From the NCBI GenBank assembly GCA_000697335.1, contig JNEM01010494.1:1-64000 (forward strand): 64,000 nt of DNA. Reading direction: 5' to 3'. Made by a program: the position numbers and the translations under genes. The notes under the pieces are model-generated. The model did no database searches and was not told the origin of the DNA. It saw nothing but the letters and a program-made list of their open reading frames with translations. Below, piece after piece: positions 11,938 to 25,801 of this stretch. The stretch's first letter is position 1; every line of letters starts with the position of its first letter. The stretch is from Conidiobolus incongruus B7586. Its lineage: Eukaryota.

Positions 11938-14862
11938 TTTATAATGTTATTATTAGATATATTAATTTTTTAAAAAATTTCGATTTCTGTTAAATATTCA
12001 ACTTATAGAACTATCAATATAAAGTTATTAAACATATATTTCCATTATTATTCTATTTCTTAATTAAATTATTTTATTTAATAACATTTTTTTCAAACTT
12101 ATAAATATAAGAATTATTAGATATCAACTTTGAAAATAATTTTAGATAAAACTGGAACTTGTCATTGATTTATAATATCCATAGCATATTCGAAGTGTTA
12201 TACAATTTTTTAATCTAAATTTCAAAATTTTATAATTCTCTTCATTTTTTTAATAAGGATTATAAAAATGATGCACATTAATGAATTTATTGATAATAAT
12301 GCCTATTTTATTAATCAAAGCCTATCAGTCTTATTTTTTATTGATGAGTATCGGACTTGAGATAAATTATTATTTTTTAAGTATTCAATTGTCATATTTA
12401 AATTTCTATATAGTTAATGAAATTTATAGTATTTTTCCTTTTTATAGGTTCAAAATTTTGAACAGTTGAAACGTTAACTTAATGATTAGAAATATTTTTA
12501 ATTTGTTAAACATAAGAAGACTAACTGGTGGAATAATTAGCAGAGTATTTTGTGGTTTCCCTTGAATAGTTTATGGTATGTTCTAGAGTTACAGTTATTA
12601 ATTATTCACTGGTTATCACTGTTCCTTCATTTGTTGATATTAATTTACCATATTTTTATCATGATTATTCGATGATTTATAAATTATCTCAGCATAAATA
12701 CGATCCTCATAGTACATATTTTACAATAATTTAAGTTTTAAATTTTATTAGTTATAGTGAACTTTATCTAATTTCAATATAGATGGGTGCCATTTTTGAA
12801 AATCTTTTATATCAGTAGCAAAATAGATATAAAATCGCATTGTTTGAATAACCTGATCGGTGGGAATTAGGTAATTGCAGTAAAGTTATCTTAAACGTGT
12901 AATTGATTAAGTGATTGTATTGAATTTAGTTCGTGAAGTTCAAAATCAAAGTTGCAATTCTTTTAAAGTTAATCCGAACGATTTGGAGAAATCGCTTGAA
13001 GTTGTTATTGAATCTCGATCAAATAATCCTATAACTAACTCTCAAGATCCTTTTTGCGAGATTGAAAATTATACGTGAATCGATTGAGACACATAGTTGA
13101 CAGATCTACTATATATATTTAAAATTTATAATTGAAGGATGTTGATATATAATTTAAAACGATTTTGTAATTTCTAAAGCAATTTGATAATTGGGGTTTG
13201 AAATTTTCAAAATAATATTTTGTAATTAATATCAATATGATTTTTAGTAATTGCCAGAAGTTAGATGACATAATGAATCACAATATACATGAATAATAAA
13301 CAATTAAATTAAGAATATCAAATCTATAGCTATAATGAATACAAATCTGAGCATAATGAAATTGAGTATGATATTTGAAATCACAAGTAAATTATCAAAG
13401 TGACACTTTAGAGAAACTATCTATATTCAAGCATATATAATTTTATTTTATTTTATAGTTAATTTATTTTCCAAAACACATAAATAAATTATGAAAATAT
13501 TAACTGATTAATGAATATTATATTCTTTATATATTAATAATTAAAAGCTACGTTGTTATAAGGGAATTTCACATTAGTAATGTTTTATAATCTTTATAAT
13601 TAAATTTGAATTAAATTAATACATATATGTGGAGAATAATCTAATATTTAATGTATTGTTTATTAAAAACACATAAAATGAAATATCTCTTTAGTAATAA
13701 TCGACAAACTATGAATCATTATATAGAAAACTGTGAAATAGATAATGATGCCAATTTTTCATTATTGGAATATAGAAAATGATGATGATATATTTCCAAT
13801 GTTTTATTGTTTCCCTATTTTATTTAGTATATAAATAATTTATCTTTCTATTTTTGTGATTTTCAATAAGTGGAAGGTTGCTCAAAGGATAGTTTTTAAA
13901 AGAATACTTAATCTTTAAGTTGGAAAAAGAGTTATAATAAAAATATTAGTTATGAAGATGAGTACATTAAACTCAATGAATTATCAATTCAACGTTTGTT
14001 TGACAATCGAAAATAATAATAAAAACCATCTTAATATAATATTTGTCCATATTCAAGATATTGATAATATTATCAAATAATATTGTTTAATAACCAGATT
14101 AATCAAATAAATTAATTTTTCAAAAACTCTCTGTCAGTAAAAATCTTTAAACTGAATTATCTTTAATTTTGAATATAATATATCCGATTACAATATTTAT
14201 TGTTAAAAATTTATAGGATTTATAAGCTTATTTTGGTATGGATAAGATTATTTTATAAAATCAAAAATCCCGTACTGAAGACTGAATTACTAGTGGAAAA
14301 TATGAGAGGTACTGTGATCACTCACAATGCACCATTTGGAATAAGAAATTCAAAATTGATATTTCGTATAATTTGCCCGGAGACAATCCACCTAACACAG
14401 ATTTATGGCATCAAATACTATTAACGAAATATCTCGTATCATGAAATATTTCAAAATTTAGAAATATATTATACCCTTTAAATTCTTTAATACACGTTAC
14501 ACTGTTAAAAAACATTTTTCAAATTATTAAGTTTGTATTATACATTGATCAATATCGATGGATATAAACTATATACAAATATATTAATATCAATATATCT
14601 CAAAGTGATTATAATCTCAATAAATACCAATCATACAAAAATATTGCATTCCTGAAATCAATGATTGGATCAACAATTTTGATTCAATTTGAATTAATAC
14701 TAATCACCAGGATTATCTTATGATAAATAATTAAATTGTAACACTAAAAACAATGTCATATTTTTATTATTATTTAAACTGCTCCATTCAATCAATAGAT
14801 CAAAAATGTTATAGCTTTTCTCTTTAGTTTGTAATTAATGAATTAATCGAATAATAATAATT

Positions 14863-17282
14863 ATGATATGGTCAAATATTAATAGATTTCAAAACATTAA
14901 GAGAGTTAATCACATAGTTAATTCTAAGGTATATAATTTTGTATATTCTAATTTTTTAATATTAATTATGGCTGAATAGAATTTATATTTTAAAAAGAAT
15001 TTAAATTATGAAATTCAAAATGAAGGCTTTAATAATAAGTTGAAGTAAATATTAACGATATAAAGATATACGGTATCAAAATTGCTAATTTTAAATTATA
15101 AAGATTTTCATCTAATCAATTCCAATTCAAATCACCAAACTATTTAAGTAAAAATATTTTACATGGTGAATTAAGTAAGTATTATAACAAAATACTATTA
15201 ATTCTTAATATTGATTTCAATTTAGATACCTACAGATCTTTCCATACTCAAACTCTTGTCAACCTTAAAGAAGTGATCAATCTCAAAGACAAAAATATCA
15301 GAAGGTTACTAATATTAATTTTAACATCGATTGGTGTCTTATTACCAGCTTCAAATTTGGTTAAGAATGAGAGTAATTTAAATTCGATATATACTAATGA
15401 GTCGGAGTTATATAAAAATAAAATAAACCCTGTCGAGATTGATGAAGATGACAAAGATAAGGAAGAGAGCTTAGAGGAAAGAAAGGAGGATTCTGAATTG
15501 CATCCAACACCTTCAAAAGCTCATGTTGCTTGGGAATTGTTTAAATCTCATTGGAAATTGACAATATTGTCAGTGGTGACAGCTGTACTATCAGCTTTGA
15601 TGGGACTCCAGGTGCCTCAAGCTATGGGTCACCTCGTGAATGTCGTGTCGCAAGCTCTCTCCCAAAATGCTGCTCTGCCTGAGCTCTTGATACAGTTGAA
15701 GCCTTGTGCTTTACAACTTTTAACATTGTTTTTATCCAAAGCTTCATTGACAGCTGCCCACATCACATTCGTAACTTGGTTGGGTGAAAATCTCGCTAGT
15801 GATTTGAGAACTCGTCTATTCTACAGTCTTTTAACCCAAGACTTGGCATTTTTTGATTTGTCCAGATCTGGAGAGTCTTCAGAGCGATTGATTTCCGATG
15901 TTAGCGACTTTAAAGCTACCTTTAAACTTGTCATCCCTCAAGCTGTAACTTGTTTTACATCGATCATTGGTACACTATTCCAACTCATCAATATCTCACC
16001 AACATTAACAGGTTATTTGGTGATGACATTACCCCCCGTGTATCTTGGCTTATACTTGCATGGTAGAGTCTTGAGAAAGATCAGATCCATTAGTAGAAAT
16101 TACGAAATTCAATCTGCTGGTTTTGCAAGTGAAATTTTGAGTTCTATCAGAACAGTCAGAGCTTTCAGTACTGAAGAATTAGAAACTGATAAATACAAGC
16201 AAACTAATCAGAAGGTTGCTAGTTGGAACAATTTGTTCGGTTTCCACCTTGGTGTTTTCAGAGGGTTCATGACACTTGCTGTGGGTAGTGTAATGTTGAC
16301 AGTGCTTTACTTTGGTGGTATGTTGGTTATTGAACACAAATTGACTACTGGCGAGTTGATGACTTTCTTGGTAGCTGCTCAAGGTGCCCAAAGTTCAATG
16401 GATCACTTGGGTGGATTGATCGGTCAAACTATGCAATTCTTTAACAGCGCCGATAGAATCCTTTCATTCTTGGTCCTTCCTCCATCAACCACACTTCGTC
16501 CCCAACTCAAAGTAGGATTACAAATTGCAGATGTTCAAGGTGGCATTGAATTCAGAAATGTTGACTTTGCCTACCCCACCCGTGCTGATCAGCCCATTCT
16601 CGACCAATTCAACCTCAGCATTGCCCCAGGTACAACTGTCGCTCTTTGTGGACCCTCAGGTGTTGGTAAAACTACCATTGGTCAACTTATTGAAAGATTC
16701 TACGAAGTAGACAATGGTGAAATTTTACTAGATGGTTACCCTCTCCACTTTATTGATCCCAAATGGCTTCGTAAGAATGTTCTTGGCTATTTAAGTCAAG
16801 AACCCACACTCTTTGCTGGATCCATTTTGGACAATATCAAATATGGCAAGCCTGATGCTACCATGGATGAAGTTATTGCCGCTTGTAAAGCTGCTAATGC
16901 TCACGAATTTATTGCTCAATTCGACAATGGATACCACACTCAAGTCGGAGAACGTGGTGTTTCTTTGAGTGGAGGTCAAAAGCAACGTATTGCTATTGCT
17001 CGTACAATTCTCAAGGATCCCAAGATTTTGATCTTGGATGAAGCTACCTCAGCATTGGATAATCATTCCGAAAGAGTAGTGCAAGAAGCGCTCAACCGCT
17101 TGATGAAGGATCGTACCACTATCATCATTGCCCACAGGTTGACCACCATTCAAAACTCTGATGTAATCATTGTTTTAGGTAAGGTCAAGGGTAACATCGC
17201 CGAAATGGGCAACCACGAAAGTTTAATGAAATTAAAGGGAGAGTACTTTAAATTAAGAGAAAAAATGGATTATAATTTATAA
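14863..17282 (+). CDS. Mitochondrial ABCB half-transporter (ABCB8/ABCB10/MDL1-like)
   Basis: TMD plus NBD with Walker A GPSGVGKT, LSGGQKQR and ILILDEATSALD. Three short upstream exons from ATG 14863 give a basic presequence-like N-terminus (5' model less certain). Confidence 0.9.
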
Positions 17283-17399
17283 TTTAAAAAATAAAATCAA
17301 AATTATTAAAAAAAAATTTAATTTATTATATGTAATTATAAATTATATAGATAAATTATTTTTATATAATTTTATTGTTTGATTTTATACTAATACAAA

Positions 17400-17725
17400 A
17401 CTCATTCCTTGGGGCATATCAAATCAGTATAAAAGAACCAATTCAACATCAAATAAACTTTAGTTTATTCATCATAACATAGCTCAGACAAAATAAATAC
17501 TGCGGCAGACGCAAATGCAAATCCGCTTACCAGTCCGATAAATGGTGAACTATATTAATAGGATCTAAATATGATAGCGATCTCATTGTATTGACCACTC
17601 GAGAAGGAAAAGAAAATGGAAGAAAATCTACCCATCAATCACCATATCTTTCAGCATGACCACGTTCATAAGGGTTATAGCCCCACACCGTTAGTTGCCA
17701 AATATTATACTAAGAACTTTGAGGT
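17400..17725 (-). ncRNA. Candidate structured ncRNA of unknown class
   Basis: GC-richer ~320 bp island between two convergent genes with no convincing ORF, several hairpins, TGGGGC/GCCCCA long-range complementarity and a TATA-like tract at ~17731. Strand and boundaries are uncertain. Confidence 0.35.
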
Positions 17726-18066
17726 GTTTAATATATATTATGAATAATTATATTAATAAATTTAATATGAAATATTTATTATTTTTCATAATGGAATGAG
17801 AGAATTAATTTAAAATAATTCTTTTTTATTTTTCATTTCATTTGTTTAATTAATTATTTAGAAAATATTCAAATAAAATTAAGAATGATTAATATGACAT
17901 TCATTTACAAAACTTATTCTTTAGATTAATTCAATTGATTGAAAATAATAAAATAAATGTATGTTATATTGAAATCAAATTTAGGATTTGAAACAAAGAA
18001 AAAATATGTATTATAATTTAATATAATTTGTTGGATAATGTATATATTATATTCTATAAATTGTAT

Positions 18067-18853
18067 TTATTTGTTAGATTTTTTAATCTCTTGTAAATAA
18101 GCCTTATACTCTTCATAAGTATTAAACCTTCTCGGTATTGTTTCCTCTTTTTTAGTAGTGTCACTTTTAGGTTGAAATTGTTGAATAAATTCTAATCGTT
18201 TACTCTTCCTCTTACTTTCCTGTCGTTCTATTACACTCTGTGTGGGTTTAAACTTGGATTTGAGAATTCTGCGTACTGCTTCAGGTGAGATTTTGAATTC
18301 TGAGGCTAGTTTAGATACGTTGAATTCGTGACCTAACTGTAATATTATAAGTATTTAAATATGTACTGTATAATATATGCTGATAAATTACCTCTTTATG
18401 TAAAAATCGAATTTTATCCATTGCCATTCTACTGATCCTCTTTTCAGGCTGCCATCTGTCTCCCTCCAATTTAGATTTCACAGCTTCTTTCTGAATCAAC
18501 CACTGAGGCTTATTCCCATTATTACTGGACTTTGATGAGGGTTTGTCGTTAATTTTGTTATAGTCGGGTGTCATCTTAAGTACAGTATTTTTGGAAGTTT
18601 GCTTAGTTTTGGATTTTTGGGGAGTATCGCTAGGTTCACCCCAATTTAAATTTTTTATAGATAGCTGTGAAGTTTTTATCATTTGTTCTATTTTATTATT
18701 GGGTGAGCTGTTTACTGATTCATTATCTTTTGAAGCTTCATTTGAAATATCTTGAAAATTAGGTTTAGCACTATAGTATTTGGGTAATTGAAAAACTCTA
18801 TAAGATTTAACCAATTGTTGAATATTAATTAAAGATTTTAAATTATAATTCAT
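18067..18853 (-). CDS. RRG9: RRG9 / neugrin family mitochondrial protein (2 exons)
   Basis: WQPEKRISRMAMDKIRFLHKE|LGHEFNVSKLASEFKISPEAVRRILKSKFKP is the neugrin/Rrg9 signature. Confidence 0.88.
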
Positions 18854-18936
18854 ATTATTTTTTTCTATATTCAAATGTAATTGAATTTTTTTAGAGAAAT
18901 CAAATCAATTTAATATATTTCATTTTACATTTTTTA

Positions 18937-18944
18937 TTATGGGA
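18937..18944 (-). promoter_or_regulatory. TCCCATAA octamer upstream of RRG9
   Basis: ~84 bp upstream of ATG 18853, sense orientation. Confidence 0.65.
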
Positions 18945-21129
18945 TTCTTTTTTAAACTTGTATTCAATTAGCCCAATTTACTTGTTTGAACTAATTAAAT
19001 ATTGTACTATTTTATATCAATAATTACATATTAAAATATTTGAATTGTATGATTAGTATTTTTGTTTTTCTTACAATTTTATATTTAATTCAAGGATTAT
19101 CAGCTTTGATTAACTTCTTTTGAAAATATTTTGTTTAGCGTTAATAGCGTTTTCACAAATTTTACAATTATACTAACATCTAAACATTATTATTCATCAT
19201 CGAATATTTATCATTAGTTCACATCAATTTAATTATTAATTGATATTTTGATTCGAAATGACAGTTCAAAATATATAATTATATTCGGATAAGAATACCA
19301 ATAATTACTATTATACGACTTGAGGATATATAATAATTTTCAAATGTTTCAATTGAATAGATATTTTGCAATTTCAAAATTATACATTTTTGTATAAGAT
19401 CAATATAGCTTATGGTGGATATAAAAGAAATGATTTAATGTACAATTACTTGAGAATCATGCAATTTTGTCCGATATTGAAGAAAGATAATTATTAAAAA
19501 CTGAATGATGATCATAATATTCAAAATCATTGTCACGTATTGTTTTAAATAATAAGTTTAAAAAATTATCAAAGTTTTACCATCATTTTAACTTAATTTT
19601 GAACAACACTATTGGTTTTTTTCAATTTTATCATTCAAAAATCATATTATGCAAAAGGGTATATAAACAAATTCACAAAATATTTTATTATTGAAACAAT
19701 TAATTAAATTTATTTCTATTTCTAGGTTATTGCATATATTTCAATTCACTTATAATATTCCTCAACCTTAAACAAAAATACATATTCGTCAAAGACCCTA
19801 AATTAAACTATCTTAAGCGAATTCTGGTCTTGATTTATCCAAACTTGATCACTATTCTCAGTTACACGAGAATAGTCAATAATCATTAAATATATGAATG
19901 AACTTAATTATGAATATTATCATAAATTTTATGCTGATGTTCATTTCATTTGAACATACAGTTAACTTATTTTAACCATTTATACAAAATTTATGTTTGA
20001 TTTCCATGATGTGGAATATATTTAAGTATTTGCTATATTTGTTAAAAAAGGTGTTTGATTTGGTTGATAAATATGTCCAAAATATTATATACAAAGTTTC
20101 TCGAAACTTCTTACAAGAGCATTATAAAATTAGTTTGTATGCTACTTATAACAATTTCAAGATAATTTCTCAATAATGATGAGGAGTTAGCATTATGGTA
20201 TTTAGAATTAAAGATAAATATAAAAACGCAGTAATAGAAATAAAACAGATATTTCCATTTATATGATGATCAAATGTAATATAAAATTAATTTAAAGATG
20301 AATACTTACAAATTGTATTGTATAATTCTGAGCGCTCCAAGTATTTGACATTTTAATTATAGATATGAAATTGAAGAAAAGATAAATAATAGTAATAGTA
20401 GCTTAAAAACAAAATGTAAGACTGATTAATGAGAATTCAGGAAACATAATTATGAAGGAATTTGCTGAATTTTCCTTTATATATACTAAGTATATAATAA
20501 TTTTTTAAATAGTTTAGGAATTCAAAAATAAAAAAGACTTATTTAATTATCATAAACTCAATCCAATATTCTCAAGGCCTTGTCTCAATTCTGAGAGTGT
20601 GAAATCATTTTACTAGAATACAAATTGATGAGTTCATTAATAATAAATTATTTGATCAATTTTAATTCAAAGATATTTATTAAATTTGGTAAATTTTGAT
20701 TTTAAATTAGCAATCAAATTGCTAAATATTATAAAATATTTTTGATATTGATACAATTTAAGTAGTATATAAACAGGTTAATCATATGTTTATTCCTTTA
20801 CAAAAGCATTATTTGAAAATGTAATTCATATTATTTACAAGTTTAATTAATTTATTCTAATTGATTCAATGCATTCTCCAACATGTAGGAAAATTTTTGC
20901 ACTATAGAGAAAAAGAATCTATTGGACACCAAAAAGAAAAAGGATCTACGGGTAATGAAAATAAAGATGAAATGCCTATTTCTCTACCTGAGATCCTTAG
21001 AATCATTACCTCTGAACTCGATCAAACTCCAAATATATCTAGAAATAGGGATTAAAATATATCCACCAATAAACCTCACTATTAATGAACATTATTATGA
21101 AAAATAGATAGTTAAGTTTATTTGAGTTG

Positions 21130-23340
21130 AAGATATCATTAATGAAATATAACAATTAAAATATAAATTAAGTATAATTTAATCTTATATGTATTTTAAT
21201 ATACATATAATATATATATTCTCAATTTTCAATTTGTAAAATTGTTCATTTAGTTCACACATATTTAATAATCTATATAATCAATTAGTTTAATATAAGC
21301 TTGTAAATATTTCTTCAAAATCATACAACCAAACTTTCATAAATATTAGTATAGTAATTAAGTAATGGCACAAATTTCAAGTTAATATTAAATAAATAAA
21401 TTAAAAAATAATATATAAAATTTAATAAATAATATAAAATTAATAACCTCTTTTATTATTAATAACTTTTTTCTATACTTTTAGTAAGTTTCTAATATTT
21501 AAAAGATAATTCTTTTTATTAAAGACTGAAATTTAATATTTCACAAACTAATTTAATTTATTTGCAGGAATTTTTTTTCTTATAAGCTAATTTTTCAATT
21601 ATTTAAAACAATTATAATTATATAAGTTATAATCAAGTGAATATATTAAATATAATAACTTTCTCTAGTTTTTTTATATAAAAATTTTTTTATAGCTTTA
21701 ACTTTATATATTTTACAATTATTATGTAAAATAATAAGTATTTTTAATTTATATTGAGTATATCATTTAAAAATTATTTTATTTAAAAAAAATATATAAT
21801 TTATTATTAATTAATTTTCTTTAAGATATTAAATAAAAAAACTATATACCATTATAATTTAATATAATAATTAATATTTACTTATATTTAAAATGTTGTA
21901 TTTATTGAAATTTATGAAGAAAATTAATTTAACTTAATATTTTATTTTATTTTTAAGTAAAATATTATATAAAAAAATTTAAAATCTATTAATTATAAGT
22001 ATTTATTATAAAAACCTTTGTTTTTAGTTATACCTTAATAAGTTTAGTTTAACTATAGCTATTTTAATTTTCTTTTAAGTTTTTGTTAAATTATAAGGTA
22101 TTTGTTTTATATTTTTATTAATTAATTTAAATTTAAACTTCAATATATATAATATATTTATATAATTAATATTAAATTATATTAATAATTCTTTAACTAA
22201 ACATAAAAAAGTATTTATAAATATATTCTTTTTACTTTATTTATAATTAAAAAAATAATAATAGAAATTAATCTTTTAAATTTTAACTAATTTTAAATAA
22301 TGTCCCTTTTGATTTTAAAATCATAAATCTAGTGATATATAGTAATTTTAAATAAAACACTATCTTTATAAACTATTTATAAGTTTTAAATGATTTTAAA
22401 GGATTTATAATTAAGTTTTAAAGTTACAAAAATAAAAACCTTTTGATAATTATTATCTATTTTAAGTATAATTAAATTTAAATATAAATTTTAAAATCAA
22501 AATATTTTAACAAAAAAATAATTAAAATTAAATATATATATATATAGTTTGAAAATATTTATTTTCCTATATATTTTATATATAAATAATCTTTCAAAAT
22601 ATATAGTATGTTTAAAAGATTAGAAATTAAAAAATGGCAAATTTTTTAATTTTTATACTAATATCTTATATAATTGTTTAATGATTTTTCAGATGATTAT
22701 TTAATAATTCACTTATAGTCTTATGAAAAATAAGAAGGTTAATATATCTGATAAAATATTGATATTATTGTTATTTTAATATAACTAATATTAAATTCTA
22801 TTATTTTAATTATTCAAAGTATTTTAGTTTAAAAAACAATAAATAAATTATATAAATTTAAAAATAAAATGAATATTTAATTTCATTTATATTTACCTTT
22901 ATATATAAATTATTATTTTATCAATGTTATTTATAAATTTTATTTGAATAAAAAAACTATTAAATCTATTTATTTAATTAGAAATTATAAAATATTAACT
23001 TTTTAAATTAAATATTACTTTGATATTATAAAGTAACCAAATAATTATATAATCATGTTTAAAATTTAAATTAATATATATTGCTATAATACTAATATAA
23101 TCATTGGAAATGAATTATTAATAATATTATATTATTATTATTTAAAAAATATAATTTAAAGTTTTTTGATATTAAAAACTACTTTTCATTATTAAAAGTT
23201 TATTCCAAAGAAAAATTTTAAAAATTTAATTATATTTTTTTGAAACTCTTATAATAATTATTTAAAAATTTTATTTTTATTTATTATGAAATTAAAATAT
23301 ATGGAGTAAAAATATTAATACAACTAAATAATATTTTTAT
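21130..23340. other. Extremely AT-rich gene-free tract
   Basis: Lines counted by hand have about 5-10% G+C; no ORFs. Confidence 0.6.
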
Positions 23341-25716
23341 TTAACTCATATTAAAAAAATCAGTAATTTTAGTTTGATTGGCATTTGTGGAAGTTGCCCA
23401 ATGTTTATAATAATAGAGTTTTAAATATAAGGTTTGTAATATATCTTTCACATAGGTTTTATCCAAATTGGATGCCTTATTATCAACTATCAAAATATTA
23501 ATATAAATAATGAATAATTTAAATGAAATATTATATTTGATTGGTTACCAATTGATCCATGTAAATTATGTAAAAAATCTCCCAATTTCCCAATTGAATA
23601 CTAAAATAAATATATTAATAAACGATATATTATATAAATAATAATATAAATAATTACCAAATATTGAGGATTAAAAATATTAGGAGTAATTAAAAGGGAA
23701 CTCAATTTTAAGATATTACCAAATTCAATAAAATTAGTTTGATTTGTAACTTTAAAGGGTGATTTTAAATTTTCTTTGGGGAATATAATGGCATTAATGT
23801 CAATGATGTTATAATCGTGATTCCACTATACATTCATCAGTTATAAATAATTAATATAATCAAGTGATATACTTACATCTCCGGAATCTGAATCAAATCC
23901 ACAAACATTTTTGAAGCTTTTGAATATTAATGACGATTTAAATTGTCTAATCTTTTCATTGGAGCTGGACAATTTGTTGAGGAATAGGATAAGCCATTCC
24001 AAGTTCTCTGAGGTTTGTGATAGTATGCATGGGAATAATTGGCAGAGTCGATTAAATAAATTGGATGACATCCAGCTCTCTGGAGATTTGATGGTTTCAG
24101 CGATACTTACATTAATTAAATTATTTAGAGTATCATAATGTTTTAGTAAAGTGTCATCCATAATCATTAGTATACCTATTAATAAGATTTGATCTTGAAT
24201 TTCTGATGATAACTCAGATTTTCTGTCATATAAATTAATTTATCGCCATATTAATATAAATTATATATATTACCGATATTTAATTAATTCGATCCAAAAT
24301 TTCAAAATTAATTCCAAACTATAATGAGGGAAATCAATATGAGTTTTATCTAATTAAAATAAATCAATAATAATATAAAAATAATGAAATTGTGTTAAAT
24401 TACCTGATGCTAATAATCTTTTATTTGATTTAAGTTCTCTAAAAGCGATACTAATAGTTAAATCTGAGATTGAGATAGTTTCATCAAATATGGCAGATGA
24501 GCATCCTAATTGTAATAAATACTTTTTATTATTCTCCCAATCTATGATCTCATCGATAGATACATCCTAAACAACGAATTTAATACCGATATAATCATTA
24601 TTATTTATAATGAATACCTTATCGTGAATTTGTCTTAATAAAGATTGATAACTAGTAATACAATGATGAGGATTTCGACTATTTAATAATAATCCAAAAT
24701 TGGACTTTTTCTTCTGATTTTTATTATTGGATAAATTAGTGAATAAATTATCATCAAACTTGTCTAACAATTCTTCTTGATTCTATCAATTATAATAATG
24801 TTTTATATAAATGATAAAAGGAATTGAGTGAAGTTATTTACATTATTAAACCATTTAAAAAATCTGTAAACGGTAATGTGATGTTCTAAAATATCTTCTT
24901 TAATTATCTAATTAATTTATAGTGTAAGTATTAAGTAATAATTATTTATAAATAAAGCTACTTGTTTCACTCTGTCATTTTGTTCAATATCGATAACATC
25001 ATCAATCAAATCCAAATTATAATCCAATTCATTTGTTTCAGAATTATTCTATTTCAACCATTAATTGAATAATGTTACTATCTTATATTCATATATTACA
25101 GAAGATGATAAGTGTTCTTTAATCTTGTACACTGCTGACTTTTCCTTGTCTCTCAGTAATTTCTTTAAAGAGAATTGATACTTATTCTCTTCTGGTAACG
25201 ATGCTTTATCTTCTTCTTGGATGATCATATCTTTTAATAGATTTTCTTCGGTTGAATTGGATCTATTAAAGGGTTAGACTAAAATTACTTGAAATAATAT
25301 TATTCATTGATCGATATTACTTGGATAATAATCCTTGGAATATATTAAAACTTTTATCTAATTCTGAGTCTAAATCATCATCGGATAAATTGGGCTATAA
25401 AATTTGAATAAGAATAAGTATATGAAATGAAGTATAATAAAAATATATTCATACTTCAGATTTTTCACTTTTGGATCCTGCAGGTAACAAATTCGAAAAA
25501 CTATCAATATTTTTAGTGTCTTCAGTCTTTCCCTTTTTAAAATATTGCTTGAGTGAATTTTGATTTTCAATTTCTCTCTTTCTAAAAATTTTTTAGAAAA
25601 ATATTAAAAAAGAACTGTTAAAATGTTAAAATATTATTAAAATAAATTTTATAAAAGCTATTTTTTTGAAAAAAATTTTGTATATTTTTATATTACTTTG
25701 AACTTCGAGTTTGCAT
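23341..25716 (-). CDS. CANIN-domain (SLF2/Nse6-like SMC5/6 cofactor) protein, ~13 exons
   Basis: Exons splice in phase from MQTRSSKKRE... to ...LHGSIVDNKASNLDKTYVKDILQTLYLKLYY...QTKITDFFNMS*. The C-terminal block resembles the SLF2/FAM178 CANIN end (LxRTKVKDL); family assigned from recall. Confidence 0.6.
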
Positions 25717-25793
25717 TATTAATAATTTGAGTATAATTTAAAATAACACCAACTTAATTCAAAATTTAATATTTGTAACTTTAAATTTAATTA

Positions 25794-25801
25794 TTATGGG
25801 A
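25794..25801 (-). promoter_or_regulatory. TCCCATAA octamer upstream of CANIN gene
   Basis: ~78 bp upstream of ATG 25716, sense orientation. Confidence 0.6.

Noticed and set aside
14200..14424. ORF with THNAPF, reminiscent of DEDDh exonuclease HNAxFD
   Set aside because: Catalytic Asp and other motifs are absent; non-ATG, short ORF.
19000..21110. Possible decayed lineage-specific gene (similar stretches at ~6200-7750 and ~25950-27000)
   Set aside because: No consistent frame or recognisable motif could be reconstructed.
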